DNA of 62,690 nucleotides, filler included, from Choristocarpus tenellus KU-1152 (Eukaryota > Protista > Phaeophyceae), in NCBI GenBank assembly GCA_964200185.2. It is 10 parts of 10 records of this genome, joined end to end, with 100 filler letters (N's around TTAATTAATTAA, not from the genome) between each part and the next. Parts side by side here need not be neighbours in the genome. Positions count along the whole stretch, not along the records: positions 22,944 to 37,315 come from CAXNAD020001208.1; positions 37,416 to 40,947 come from CAXNAD020019417.1; 8 more parts are not named here. One strand, given 5' to 3'. The notes under the pieces were generated by a model, which saw nothing but the letters and a program-made list of their open reading frames with translations, did no database searches and was not told the origin of the DNA. Both the position numbers and the translations under genes were made by a program. Below are positions 24,607 to 38,400 of the stretch, piece by piece (position 1 is the stretch's first letter; every line of letters begins with the position of its first letter).

Positions 24607-26907
24607 GTAGTGAGTTCAAAAATTATTTCAAAAAACCAAGATGGTACATCGACTCAACGTACTGCTAAATCTATTTTGGAGTGATTTGATAGTTGATATG
24701 ATATTGAAAATAAAGAGTTGATATTGATACCGATATGATATGCTAAGAAAATGGTTTAAAATCAGGACCCCTTTTTCACCCCTTTTTCAAACTCTGACAA
24801 TATTTCTTTGTAGGGGAACTGCAGTGCCTGATAACTTGTGGAAGAAATGAACGGGTAGGTTCGAGGTTCTTTCGAGTGGGTGCAACTAACTGACAAAAGT
24901 TCACTCTAGGGAGTATAAAATTCACATTGTCATAGATTAGTTGATATTTTCACTTTCTCACGATGAATATTTTACTAGGTGGTGTTAATATAAACGATGA
25001 TCATGCTCGAGAGTTGTTTGAGAATTAGTGGATACATATCCACTTCTGTGCGTCAATATTTCTCAATTATACTTCAGCATGTCATCATAACAGATGAGGG
25101 TGGGACAAATGCATCAGACAATGCACTTGACTATGCAAGCAAATCCGACAGCGACAATAAAGAGTATGATACAGAAGGAGACGTGGGAGACAATGACAAA
25201 GTCAATTCTGGAGTTGAAGTATTGGCTGCGAATTTTCCCCCCAATACGAAGTAAGGTCCAGAGTATGAAACTTCTTTCGCAGGTCTCAGTAGACGTTTCA
25301 AGCTGAGGGCCAACTGCCTTGTGGAGAAATGCGACCTCTAGGGGGGAGAGACCTATGATGATGATGATGAGAGCAACGAGCAATTTAGCATCACATCAGC
25401 TACACAAGAAGGCGACCAAGAACTCACAGCAGCTGGTGCCCTTCATTAGAGATGGAGGTGGGGAAGTGCCCACAAGAGGGCATGGCTGGATATTACGTAC
25501 TAGGATAAATTGCAATACCAACTGGAGGTATAAAGTGACAGGTAACCACTGGATTTGTACATGGTAGAGGAGCTTCGTGGTCCCCCTCAGACGGTGGAAG
25601 GTGAATGAGGAGGTGGTTTTTTAAGAGACATGAGTAAGTTGTGACACATAAGTTGATTGCCTGCACATGCCACAATTCAGCTCCATCTGAACGAATGTTT
25701 TCCTCTGCTTGCAACAGTCACTCTCAAATGAGTCAAAAAAGCCAGGAGGTAGGCACAGTTGCATTTGAAGCATCTCGAGAAAGAAAGGGAAACATTTTCT
25801 ACAATTGTAGGCAGACCCTTTCCAGAATTGTGGTGTCACGTTTTTGTGTGTGGAAAGGGGGAATATCAATTTTGAGTACACTAATATGTATATGAAGCAA
25901 TGAAATAGAGTGTATTGCATAGGGTCAGGAAGATGGCATAGAATGCAAAGGGATCCAAACCAACTGCCTCTCAACTGGTTTTGTTCAAAATCAACCATCT
26001 CTCTGGGGATATTGTTGATGACGCTATTGTGGTGCTGCCCTCTTGTGCGGATGACTTTGCTGCCCGAGTGTGGAAGGGGTTAGGTAGCAGGAAATCATAG
26101 TGATGGACACAAGCGTAGCACCCGCCCTACAGTGTGTTCTTGCCACCTCTTCTGGTTGGACCTATATCTACATGGATGGGCTTAGGGCAGAGTGGTACAT
26201 GGTGTGTGTTGTATTCTCTTTTTTAGCACATGTTTGCCTTCCTCGTGTAACCCCAGACATTTCACTGATTGTAGGTCCCAGGTAGGTGATATTACTTCAT
26301 GTGTATGTTGTACATTATCCGAAAAAATACCAATAATACATGTTTTTCGACACACTTAACCCACCTCTAGTACTCGTATGAGAAGTGATAGAAGTTATTC
26401 CATGTATTCCATGAAAGCCCATACAACATTGAGTCAAATCAATTGAGAGGTAGCCAGGGTGGCACTTTAAGGATCCTGAGAAAGGGCAGAAAGATGCCGG
26501 TTTCTACTATCATTGTAGAATTATCCTTTGCTTAATTGTGATCTCACTTTGTGTTCGGAACGGGGAACATCAATTTTACTTGCACTACACTGGACATAAG
26601 GAAATGAAGTAGAGTGCATTGCACAGGGTGAGAAAGATGGCCTAGAATGCGAAAGGGTCCTAACCTGCTTACCACACAATTAGTTTGGTTCATTTCTTGT
26701 GGTGAATGGAGAATGAGAGGGGACGAAATTCCATTATTTGTGACCTTTAATATCAAACCAATATTAAGTCAATATCAAGTATCAAACAAGTATTTTCGCA
26801 TGATATTTTTGATATATGAAATTGGCACATCAAATATATTCATTTCTCCACCTTTTTGATATATCATACAGCAAAAAAATGATATTTGTATTTGAAACTC
26901 ATCCCTA
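24607..26907 (+). mobile_element. Internally deleted, decayed hAT transposon remnant
   Basis: KLIACTCHNSAPSERMFSSAC at ~25650-25712 matches the hAT C-terminal dimerisation motif (S.PSER.FS). Right end TTTGAAACTCATCCCTA (a TAGGGATG-type hAT terminus) has an imperfect left counterpart GTAGTGAGTTCAAA and GATAT/ATATC-rich subterminal regions on both sides. TSD not resolved. Confidence 0.5.
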
Positions 26908-29412
26908 ATCACACTTTGAGCTTAAATATTGTTATACTCCACCTCTGAAATAGTGGGGTAGATATTATATAAAACGTGTGACAGACACACTTACACAAAA
27001 CACTAGTATTTTTAACTATAGTTGAGAAGGTCCGCATCAAAGGAGGGTATAGAGTATTGCATTGTGACATCAACGTGCTACATTCCCAAACTATCTTCAG
27101 GGGAAATCAAGGTGCCATCGATTCTGTTACATAGCCTCTCCTCAATACCCACAGGACCAGCATCCTGCGCGAGATCAGTCTGTAGTCCATCGTAAAGAGG
27201 AGTTTTCAAGGTGTGAATAGAATGACCAGGTGGTTTGCATGTGCTATGTACTCTTGGTGTGGGCTTGTACACACCAGGGTGACAAGCCTATTTCGTTGTC
27301 TTCATTTTGTTTGTCATCATGCGTGAAGTATTACCTCGGTGAATACATACCAACTCACTCCCTGACGAAAATCCTTGTTTTGTCGTAGGTAGAGGATTTG
27401 ACAACACTTTTTGTTGCGAGATCTTGACCTCGGTTGGGTGTCTCTCCCTTCGCCCGTCTCTCAGGCCACGCATCTAGTTACTTCATTGATTTTCAGAGAG
27501 CTTGAGATGCGGAGGTTTTATTTTATAATCGACACTTCACCTGACTTGCATTCATCCATGGACTCTCTTATGTGTCACCTTTGAGTCAAGCCAGATGCAT
27601 CTTCCGCCACAAAAGTGGGGATATTTTGCAGTCCTTCTGTCACCCGAATGAACTAGAGCACTCTTGAGCTTTAATCATTATCCCTCCTTAGTGTCTCCCA
27701 TTTTTCATGCTGCTATAGGACTAAGGTTGGGGAAGGATTGGCTGTCCTTTCGATTAGTCCCTTCCATAGTCAAAATTTTGAGACTTTGTGTGTTCACCGC
27801 TATTTTTCCACGATTGGGCTAACTACCAGACTTATTTCCAGGACTAGGTTCATATTTGGCACATATAACTTTCTCGCTACATCCAAGTGTTACCTTTCTT
27901 TTTTACTCCCTTAATCTCTAAGACATGTGTATTCTCTCTTCACGTGCATTCCGTATTATCAAACAAACCTGCTTTGGGTTTCTCGTTTTTTTTGCCGTTA
28001 TCCAGAACAAAGAGTAAACACGCAACACATATACAACCATTGGCATCCGTGTTATATACCCTCCTGCATTATTGTCATGATGTGTGTCTACTTCAGCCCC
28101 AACCCTAACCTTCGCTAAGTCCCCCACCCTGCCCTTACCATGAGACAAACACTTCTATTATATATATGTATATATAGAGATACATCCTCACTCTGAATGT
28201 GCTGGTCCATCACCCCCAACCCAACCCCAGACTTTCAATCAACCCCAAAAAATAAAGTTCTACCCTAAAACCTTTTTCCTCTCTTAAGGTTGTATGTGTT
28301 GTATCATCTCTAGGCCGACTGGATCGCCTCTCCAGGTGAGAAACCATCCCATTCTCCCCCACACCAACTGATCTTGTTGTTGTCCAGGTCACCTTTTGGC
28401 TGGGTAAACTCTTGACATCCCATTGCTTGGAAGATCAGCCTTCATTGTTGTCGTTCATTAGACCCCGCCTCTACCTTTGCTTCCCTTGGAGGGAGAGGAA
28501 AGGTTGGCAGGGGAAGAGAGTGAGGACGAAGTACGGTGGAGGAGTGTTTGGCCAGGTGTTTTGTCCACAATGTCAGGCATACAACATCTTCTGGGAGTGT
28601 TGCGGGTGGGTTAAAGAGTGATGTGCAAACTATCTGTGTGGTACGCCTGTATCCTTGTCTTTGATATGTTTTGTGTGTGTGTTTGTGTATTGTGCACCTT
28701 GTTTGTTTTTGTGTGTTTGAGTGTGTGTGTTACTATGCTAGGGATGAATATGCCCTTAGTTTCTTTGTGCATGAGCATGTAGGTGTTGGTGCAAGTGATT
28801 TCTTGTTTCAAATGTGTCGATGTTTGAGATTGGTTGCTGTGTAGGCATGCATACATACGTAGTATTGTGTCTGTTGAGTATGCACATGTGTACTTGTTTT
28901 GTTCTATTCCTGATTTTCTATTTGCCTTGTCTTTTTGCAACATCCCTCCATCTTGCATTTGTTTCTAGGGCCTCATCTAACGCATGTTCCATACCCAGAC
29001 AATTCCTCAGTTTCACAATGGTTGAAGCAAGCTACAATCCTTCTTTGTGTCCACTTGCCTCCAATTTTATCTCTTCTCCACCCTAAGATCTCTTGACCTG
29101 CACCCACCCCACACACTGGAATTTCTCAGGCCCACTCACACCTCATCATTGACCCTAGCATAGCTGGTATCTTTGCCATGAATCAAGACAAGTATATCAG
29201 TATGACTATCAGCATGAAAAACCTATCAGAAATGACATGATGTCTCCTTCCTCCAATCCCCTCCTTCCTTCCGGTTGCCACTTGGTCCTTAGTCATTATC
29301 AATGTCATTTCCCTGTATACATTCACTTCCAACCCTAACCCTAACCTCTCCTATCCCCCCACAACCAACAAAAATATTGACCTGTGCCCTCCTCTCCCCC
29401 ACTCAATGCCAG

Positions 29413-32400
29413 AGCCGACCTGGGGTAGACCAGATCATTGTCATTCTCCACCAGCTGAATGCTAGCCTCACCATGGTGTCAGGTCATCCCAGTCAGAACT
29501 TTGTTAGTGGCGTCATTCAGACCCTAGTGCCACTACTCTCGAGCAACAATAGTGAGGTGATTGTTTGTGGGGAGGCGTAAGTGTCGCTCTCGTTGACACC
29601 CCGAAAAGGTATACCTTCCTCAATTGCCTCAGTGCACGGTTCGAATTGATCAAGTTTGCAGTTATGTTTGGTGGCATGTTTTAGTTTTTAAGAAGAAGAA
29701 AAAAACATACGCTCTGACTGACAGCCGTCCTGTGACCTTTCCTGGGACATTATTTGTCTCCTCCTGTGCCACATCTCTACCCCCCAAATAGTCGGTGGTG
29801 TCTAAGAGAATTCAGTGCTGTGAAAGAAAAGGATGGCCTGTCTCATGGTTTTTAGTTCATTAACTTTTTGTGTGCTCATTGAAGTGACAAAATGAGAGTT
29901 GAGGAACCCAGCATTCTCTCCTTTGCCACCTGCCCCTCTCTTGTGTGTTGTATGTATTCAGGTTGTTCTTATCTCTTTGCGGACCCTCATTACATGTATA
30001 GATATTTCGCCCAGGGCCACATCGGCTATGGTAGCAGGGGGTGCAGCTGGTCCAATGTGTCACAGGCTGTTGGAGATTGAAGACATGGATGTTGCTGAGG
30101 CATGTCTAAAGTGTCTTTACCTTATCTCCCAGGTGATTTTTTGTATTTTTTTTATGAGCATTTCTGGTGAAACAGGCGTAGTGTTTTGAAACTCAGTACA
30201 GTTATATGCCCATACGGTTGGAAGTCAGAGATTCTTCCCGACTGATTCATCCTATGGGCTCAATGTAAAATTTTGGGGTAATCATTCTTTTGGTGAGGAA
30301 CATGCTGTCTTGCATGCCTTGTGCCCTACCTCTCATTTTGGTATGTAGCATGCAATACAGTTAGTGTACAGGTCTAGGTTCTTTTAGGGTTAGGGCTAGG
30401 GTTAGCCGCTTGTTTTGTTTGTTCTAGTGTGTATTCTTGATGTGCAGAATTTGCTGGGACCTATATTGTTAACCCTATAACCTTATCCCTAACCCTTTGA
30501 TGACGGGGAAAATGGAATATTCTAAGACAGCTGAGAATGAGTGCAGTGAGCCTGGAATTTCCACTGCAGTAATTTATTTCGGATTGAAGGTGTTCGTAGC
30601 TTGACAAACGAGCTTTAGCTGGGTTGATATGGGCAAAAGCTTGAACATTACTCTCTCTGTGTGGGAGATAGGATTTTTGAGCAAGTCTTCATTGTTGCAT
30701 TTTGGTAAATATATGATGATCATATGACTCCCTCTGTATCAGTTATGTCAATTTTTTTGTTACATATTTCAAACCATTTTGATTTTGTGAAAGATGTGGG
30801 CAAAGTAGTTGTGTATGCTTTGTTTATTAGATTGTTTCTGCTGTGGAGCTATAGCACTCCAAAAAAACTTTTAATTGAATAGGATTTGTTGTGTGACCTA
30901 TTGTTTGAATAAGTGATGATGAACAGCAGGACAGATTGTTTGATCTTTAAAGGCAAATTCAAACATAGTCAAACGTACTGAAAATTTGTTGATATTGAGA
31001 TAAAAGACCTTGGTGTCACTGTCTATGAAAGTTAACAACAGCATGTTATACCTATGCTTAGACTTGCCCTTACGCTATTGATGATGGTGCCCAATTTGTG
31101 TCAGGTTGATGTCAGGATTAGGGCTAGGGTTTGAAAAAGAGAGCACCTCTTAAATATTGATCAATTGGGCAAGGGTTAGTGTATGTCTTTGCAACAAGGT
31201 AGGGTTAGGGTACAACATGTGCCTCGCTAACCGTGGTTCCCCCCTATGATCAGGATAATTCCCGCCCTTTATTGGAGGCAGGAGCTGCAAAGGCCTGCAT
31301 TGCATTTTTTGATTTCTTCCCATCAGAGCTGCAGCAGACAGCACTAGCCACAGTTGCTCGGCTGGTAGCTCCTGGAGTGTGCTGCATGTGTAAGCAGGAC
31401 ATGAACTACGTGATAGAGGTGAAGGAAGGCGGAACTGTTTTTGTTGTTTCTCCAGCAAGTGTTGAGTGAACCATACTACATTGTAGGAGGAACACAGTGC
31501 GTGGTTATATATATATATATATATATATCACCAATTACAGTTGGATGGATATTTTTTTGGATCACCTATTTTCTGTATCTGCTTGAAAATGTAGCAAACA
31601 TGAGCGCCAGCATCTTAGGTGGGAACATCAACCGACTCAAGGCTCTCCATTGAGGAGAGACTGTCTTTCACTGGGCATACATTTGAAAGCAGTCCTTCTG
31701 TATATGGAAATAGAAATCTCTAAAGTTAAGTAAGCAGAGAAAATTGGAGTCAAGATCGACCCCTGGTCAAATAATTTTAATTGTTCTGATTGACGCACTT
31801 CGTTTTCCTCTGTTGAGTGTGCTACTGAGTGTGATACTGAATAGTGCTAACATTGAATGTGTAAAGCGAGTTTGAAGCGACATGTTTTGTATCATATTGT
31901 TTAAAGGTTACTTTTCGCATCGTGCTTCCTATCCCCTACAGAAAAATGAACAAGTTCAATTTTGTTCAGTGGTGTCGTATGGCTATGCAAGAAAATGTAA
32001 AAAAAAAAAATGGTAGTATTTTGAGTATATCTTGTGCAAACGGCAGTTAACTTGATTGTCACACCTTCCCTCCGACCCCCATTTTTTTTATTATGAAAAT
32101 TGAGATTTTTTTTTATTATGTTGTCGTTGATCTGCGTAAGAAAGTATAGAGGTTGAGGATTGGTATCTGATGGGCTGGTTTGGGAGACAGACTCGTTGAC
32201 TTGGTTTGGGCTGGTTTAGGGTGTTGTTATGATTGTTTGGATGGGGAAAGACCCCTATTTACCTCACAGGACTTAGGTGACGGTACTACTTAATTGTGTC
32301 TATTGTGGAAATCAAACTCCGGAAGTATGTTGTCGGTTTGATGTTTTTTGTTTTTTTCCCTCCCACAAGAAAACAAAAAGTTCGAGAGTGAGGGGATGGG

Positions 32401-35400
32401 GCAGGTTGCCTTGTGAACTGCATCCGGTGCTTACTGTGACATACTGGCCATTCTCTTGGTGTATCTATCTCTCTCTCTATATATATATATGTATATGTTG
32501 CCTTCGAGAGGATTGTTCTTCGCCTGGTCTCTGAGCTCAGGCAGAGCTTTTTTTTTGTGCAGTTCATGTGAGGATACACATTGCGCATTTACCAAGACAC
32601 GCTTTGACTTTATGTGAATTTCCTACACCATCTTTTGGTGTACATTGGGTTACGCCTTAGGGTTAGGGTTAGGGTTATGAAGCATCTGATCTCCATCTTC
32701 TATCCAATTCACCGTGTTCTGCTTTACAGCTTTTCCTGTTGAACCGTATTTTAATAATTGTGAATGGAGTACCGTATTTTTAATGTACAATATCCTTTCC
32801 ACTTACCCACACCATTTCCTACCACACCCCTATCTCAAATGACGTTCCCTCTTGCCAATGCCTCCCAATGGCTTTTTCTCCAGATCCTGCCATTTCTTCG
32901 AGACTGCTTAAAGAAGGCCCCAAATACTGCTTTAGGTGCCAGGGGGGGCTGGCAGGGCAGTGGTGGTGATGTTCACAGCACCACTGGAGGTGCACCTGGA
33001 GGAGGCAATATAGCTCAAGCTGCAAGCCTTTGCCTTGAACGCCTCCTCTCTTCATTCTGTCAACCCCAAGGAGGTGGCGCATCGAGTGCCTGTGGTGCCA
33101 CAGTATCAAATATGTCATCCACCTCAAGAGCGAGGTCATTCATGGTGGGTACAGCAACAGAGGCACGAAATGGGATGAAATCAGGGACGAGGACACGAAG
33201 GACAGCCGCTGGAGGCATCTGGGAGACTGTTCCTGGGGGGAGTGACACAGGTGCAAGTAGAGTTACAAAGGTGAGGGCAAGATTGAAAGCCCGGGGTCAT
33301 GGTGGTACTACACGGAGAAAAGAGGTAGTTGAGAGTGACAGGGATGTCCCTGGCAAGGGTGCTGGAGATGTGTATGATGATGGTGATGATGGTGATGATG
33401 GAGAGGGGAAGGGTGGAAAGAGGGGGTTGTTTTGGACTGGGAAAGAGTTGGTGTCAGGGGCAGGGGCTGGGGGGGGCGTGGAGGACGTGAGAGGGAAGGG
33501 CAAGGGCATTTCCTCTCTCAGACGTGGCAATTGTAGGGAGATGTCCAAGGTTGGTCAGAGCAAAGGGAAAGGAAAGGGTAAGGCCAAGACCAATGCTAAA
33601 ATGGAGGTGGAGGTGGAGTTGGAGGTGGAGGTGGATGTTACAGGACAGAAAGAATCTGGGCTGGGGGCGGGGCAGGAGCAGGGACTTCATGATGGGAGTG
33701 GAGGAGAAGAGATAGAAGACCTAGTAGTCCTCAGCTCTGTCAATGGTACTACTGCTGCTCCTGCTGTGACAGAGAGGATGGAGCAATCGTGGTCCGTGTC
33801 TTTGAAGGCAGGAGCTCGGGATGCAGCTGTTCGCCACTTGTATAGGCTGCTCCATCCTCTGAAAGAGGACATGGAGAGGTTACGTGGTGGGAATTTTGGA
33901 GATGCTAGCGCAGGGGCGAGGGCAGAGAGAGGGACTGGAGAAGACCCAGGTGCAGGAGCCAAGGCAGGGGGTGCTGAGCAGCTTGATGGAAGAGTCGTCA
34001 GGGGGTACGGCCAAAGGCGTCAGAATTGGCAGGTGTGGTGTAGTGATTAGGTAACAGCATAGCCCCCTTCATGGATGTATGGGGAGTTGACAAAGGGATG
34101 TATATCCCCATGTTTTTTTCCACTAGGGGATTCAAAATGATTAAAATGAAATCGGTTTGTTTTCCATATAGAAGGACAAAGGATTATCAGTGTGATTTCA
34201 AGCATTATCCAAAATTGTACCATTATTGCCTGGAACCCAGGGATACACCCCTAGGCATCTACTGTTTTAAACTTGTATCCCCTTTCACTATTCTGTGACC
34301 CATATAGTAGTACCTGTTTCTGACCTAAGACCCACAAAGTGTAACTCATGAAGACCTACTTGGGGAGTATCTATGCTGTAGAAACACGTCCCCAAATTTC
34401 CAAAATTGCTTCAATATCTAACCCTAACCCTATATATTATTCTGATAGGCTTTGTATTTTTTGCCGTAGTTGAATTGAAGGGAAGTGGTTGAGAATTCAT
34501 CCATGTGGGAAATGAGAAGATCATTACTTGTTCGGGCAATATCGTACTGATTTCAGTTAATGTGACAGGGAAGAGTCAGTGAGGAGGTACTAAGGTACAA
34601 GAAGTCATCTGATAACAGCCCATATGACAGAACCACCCTCACCTATCTTGCAACCTTAATAACCTGTAATGGATTTCATACCTCATGCATCGCTACCACT
34701 ATGTAGAGATCCTGCTTGGAAGTTTGTTACCAAGATATGCTCTTGTAGAAAGAGGCGCCAAGGAGGTAGTCCAAGCCTGTCAACAACACAAGTCAATTCT
34801 CACGCCCCGTGAAGTACTCATACCCCCTTTAGTATGATACGTGGGGGGGGGGGGTATACCTTCTTTTAACCAGTGCTCTAGATATGTTTGTCTTTGGTAA
34901 ATACTTGCCTACATGAAGGTGCATAATTTGTGCTATGGTGTAGGAGATTTCTGATGGGAATGTATAGTCCTGTTCTTGGAGAAGTGGTATTGCCCAGGTA
35001 TTAAAATGACACCTTGATTAGGTTTGTGACTTTCTGTTATCCTTTTGTCTCCCCCCTACTACCCAATGAAGGCCCCACTACATCTTGCGCATGGAGTCAT
35101 ACCTTTTTTTTGCACCACTACCATTAATTTATCCAACTGTATTCAGATATTCTTTTTTTGTAATTTTGGGAAGGCGAGGGCCAGTCGTAGGAAGCAAATA
35201 ATACCTTCATATTTTTTCTTCAATAATATGCTATGTACAATATTATCTCCCCCTCCACTACCCAATGCAGGTCACACTGTGTATTCAATATGATATCGTG
35301 TTTGTTTTGCACCAGTACCATCCAGTGTGAGAGGGGGGTCCTTCTTACTTTTGCATCAACCGTATATCAATCATACATCAATCATATACTGCATGCGACA

Positions 35401-35632
35401 ATGTCAAGCTTTCCTTATTTCTCTTTTGGAGTACTCTGAGAGAACAAGCTGTACTCCCTTCAAGTCTCCTGCTGCCTATGCTTTTGTCCTCATTGTGCTT
35501 TGGATGTGAAATCTCTTGGCTGTTTCGGATTTTCCTGCCCCCTTCAGGTGGAGTTCATACACAAAGTAGCAGGAGGGGGGGTACTCCAGTACTGGCTTCA
35601 GACAATGCACAAAAGTGTGTCACTTTCTGCAG
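29413..35632 (+). CDS. TRIP12/Ufd4/UPL3-like HECT E3 ubiquitin ligase, N-terminal ARM-repeat region (partial); exons 29413-29556, 29962-30132, 31254-31418, 32884-34032, 35548-35632
   Basis: Phase-0 GT-AG joins give LRTLITCIDISPRATSAMVAGGAAGPMCHRLLEIEDMDVAEACLKCLYLISQDNSRPLLEAGAAKACIAFFDFFPSELQQTALATVARL, which parallels the TRIP12/UPL3 ARM signature (L..I...DVAEQ.L.AL..IS......L.AG....L..LDFF....QR.AL). The HECT domain is not seen in this contig. Confidence 0.8.
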
Positions 35633-36176
35633 GTGTATACCCCTTTCACCTCCCTCGCAGACTATTACTGCTTCCATATCCCATCCCTTCCCTACACCTA
35701 CACCTACACACTGACAAACAAGAGTGCTGTGTTGTACAATATGGTAAGATATTTGAGCTGTTCCCCCAAATTGAGTCAACTTTCGACAATGTCTTTCAAA
35801 GGTATACCTTTAGGTAAACTCTATTTCATTTTGGTGTGTTCCTTCTCATAAAGATGTGGACCAAAAGGACTACCGTTTTTTGGTCCGAAGTTCTTTTAAT
35901 GCATTGACCGAAGTTCATTTGTCATTCATCCCATCCGTCAACTGTAGGGATTGTTTCAACACAAGCATGCGCCTTCCCTGGATTGAATTGTCAGTGTATC
36001 TTGTGGGTGCTGGCAATTTTTTCCATGTATACTATGGAATATCCACGTGTACATGAAGGGCTCCCTTCGTATCTGATGTACATGAAGTTGATGCATGTTT
36101 TTTGCTTGGTTTTTTTAAATGTTGCCACTATTGTGCACAATAGTGCACTTTTTCCCCACTATTATCGAGTTTGACT

Positions 36177-36232
36177 GTTAGGGTTAGGGTTAGGGTTGGT
36201 GTTGGTTAAGGATTAATATTTAGGGTTAGGGT
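36177..36232 (+). repeat. Short interstitial telomere-like (TTAGGG)n; similar 2-4-unit tracts near 17412, 23172, 29331 (CCCTAA), 30385, 32657, 34417 and 61053
   Basis: Seen directly in the sequence, mostly in introns or intergenic DNA. Confidence 0.8.
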
Positions 36233-37944
36233 TTCATGCGTGGTCATCCTACTATTTGGATGCTTGTATCAGGGATTTTAATCTATTAAAATAAGAAAGC
36301 ATTTGCAACACTTACCCCATACTCCCTAACCCTAATCCTATGTCATTAAGCGTAGAGGCACCCATCTCTCCATAACACTGGCAAACGTGGTAACCAACAC
36401 ATTAGCATCAACATAGTGTCTTCACTGCTTCAAGGTGTTCCTATTTGTAATGTGTAGCGTCGGGTAGATTAAATTTGTTGGAGATCAAATTGACTACAAC
36501 ACATACACACATCTTCATTTGTCCTACCCGGTATGATTCCCACCTGTTGAGATTTAGACTTTGTAGCAGGGCAGTTGGTGTTGATGTATCGAGTCCTCTT
36601 GGGTCATTGGGAAGCAGCATTGCTCGTTGGTCTATGATTCTGTTCTACTGTCTACTTATATATTTGGATTGTACAAATGTTTAGCTCAACTGAAAAAGTG
36701 GCTACTACAATGGGATGAGAGGAGACAAGATCGTTGAATTTTCTGAACATGGGAAACACCTCTTAACATTCAGTGTTTTTTGCTGAAAAAATGCTGTGAC
36801 GGTGCTCGGCCACAGGCTGACTCGGTAGAGTGTTATTTGAGGGCCAGACCAGGTCTGTAGGAATTTTCTGTGGGACTGGGCCATAAGGTGACCTGGTAGA
36901 AAATAAATTACATAAAAGATGTCTACTTTGCAATATACTTTTTTAAATACCCCTGGTTCGGCTGAGAGAATGTATTGTTTTTGACAGGGTTTACCTGGAA
37001 AAAACGGGATTTAACTGTGGTCCGACCTGAAGCATGAAAAACTTACCCAGGTCGAGCTGGATAGAGTATCTCTTAAAGGGACCAGGCCTGGCGTTCAGAA
37101 AATGTCAAGGGTTAGGGTTGTGGGCCAGCTGGGGTAAATTCTGACCTAGTGCAAAGCCCTATCAGCATCTCTTTTTTTTTTATTCTCTTGACTGATTTCC
37201 TATTTCAACCTCAACGCCACTTTAAAGATTGGACCTTTGCTAGAACTATTGTCAATCTGACCGTTCCTTGCATTACTATACAATGAGGACCTTCCCTGTC
37301 TACCGTGAAACCCCCNNNNNNNNNNNNNNNNNNNNNNNNNNNNNNNNNNNNNNNNNNNNTTAATTAATTAANNNNNNNNNNNNNNNNNNNNNNNNNNNNN
37401 NNNNNNNNNNNNNNNCCCCCCCCCAAGATACTTTGACCCACATGATATCTCCAACAGAATAAAGTATTGAGGGTTTGTGTGCATTAGTGCAGCACATGTG
37501 ACTGGGAAAAGAATCACTACTACTGCGTGATTTTCAAATACTTCATTACTACTATATAGTAATAATAATAAATATTATTACAGCACAGGATAGCATCAAT
37601 GAATTGGACCCAAGAATGAGAGTGGCGGCCTCTGGGCCACGTAGTGAGGACTCATCCAGAAGGAGAGACGAAAGTGGACTTCTTGTGCATGGCCTCCTTC
37701 GACCGCAAAGGCGAGAGTCAAGGATATTGAAACGCCTGGCGAGTAAGCTTATCACACACCCACAAGAACAATTACTTCGAGGTGAAATAAGAACGGCACC
37801 AAAAAAAGAACAATCGGTGGGTGTGAGGTCACAACACATCTCGGATTGGTCCTTTGTTTGCAATCAGTCTTACACACACACAGGCACGGCTTCGGGGGTG
37901 CCTTCCATAGCATCTACGGGCAAGGGCTGACAAGGCTGACACAC

Positions 37945-38400
37945 ACAGGTGCCTGTAATTTCTGTGGAGCGACAGGCCTCAAGGCACACTGTTGCCCTAA
38001 ACAGGAAGAAGTGGGGTGATGGATGGCCCACGGATTATATCCTGGGAAGATTCCCAGCTTTCTGATTGGTCAAGCATTGAGAGACCATTGTGCCACCATG
38101 GCGGATAGTGGCACGACTGTCTGCCCAGATGGAGCGGTGATATCCCAATATTTGACTAAACATCCCATTCAACTCAAGGCAATGCTTGTGTGTGGTGAGG
38201 GCCTAGACTGATAAATGCGTAAGGGTTTTGTTGATTTGATTCCTGTAATTGGCACAAATCCTGCCGACTGATTGGCTTTGACCTCCAGCGTAACTGTGAA
38301 TGACCAAAGGGCTACTGGGAGGCTCAACGACACCTTCACTTCCCATGTCTTCAAACAGTGTAATGGACTAGAGGGATGGGACACGGGCGACTGTTTCTGT
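37945..38400 (+). mobile_element. LTR retrotransposon gag knuckle/protease remnant (probably Copia)
   Basis: GACNFCGATGLKAHCCPK (decayed CCHC knuckle, similar to the one at ~46010-46060), followed by ATMADSGTT. Confidence 0.5.

Noticed and set aside
25895-26670. ~70-bp diverged direct repeat (~25895-25968 and ~26597-26670) as LTRs or CRISPR repeats
   Set aside because: Only two degenerate units, no TG...CA ends, PBS or spacer periodicity; lies within the hAT remnant.
28314-28335. Micro-exon upstream of the TRIP12-like exons
   Set aside because: Has AG/GTGAG borders, but its frame and upstream connection could not be established.
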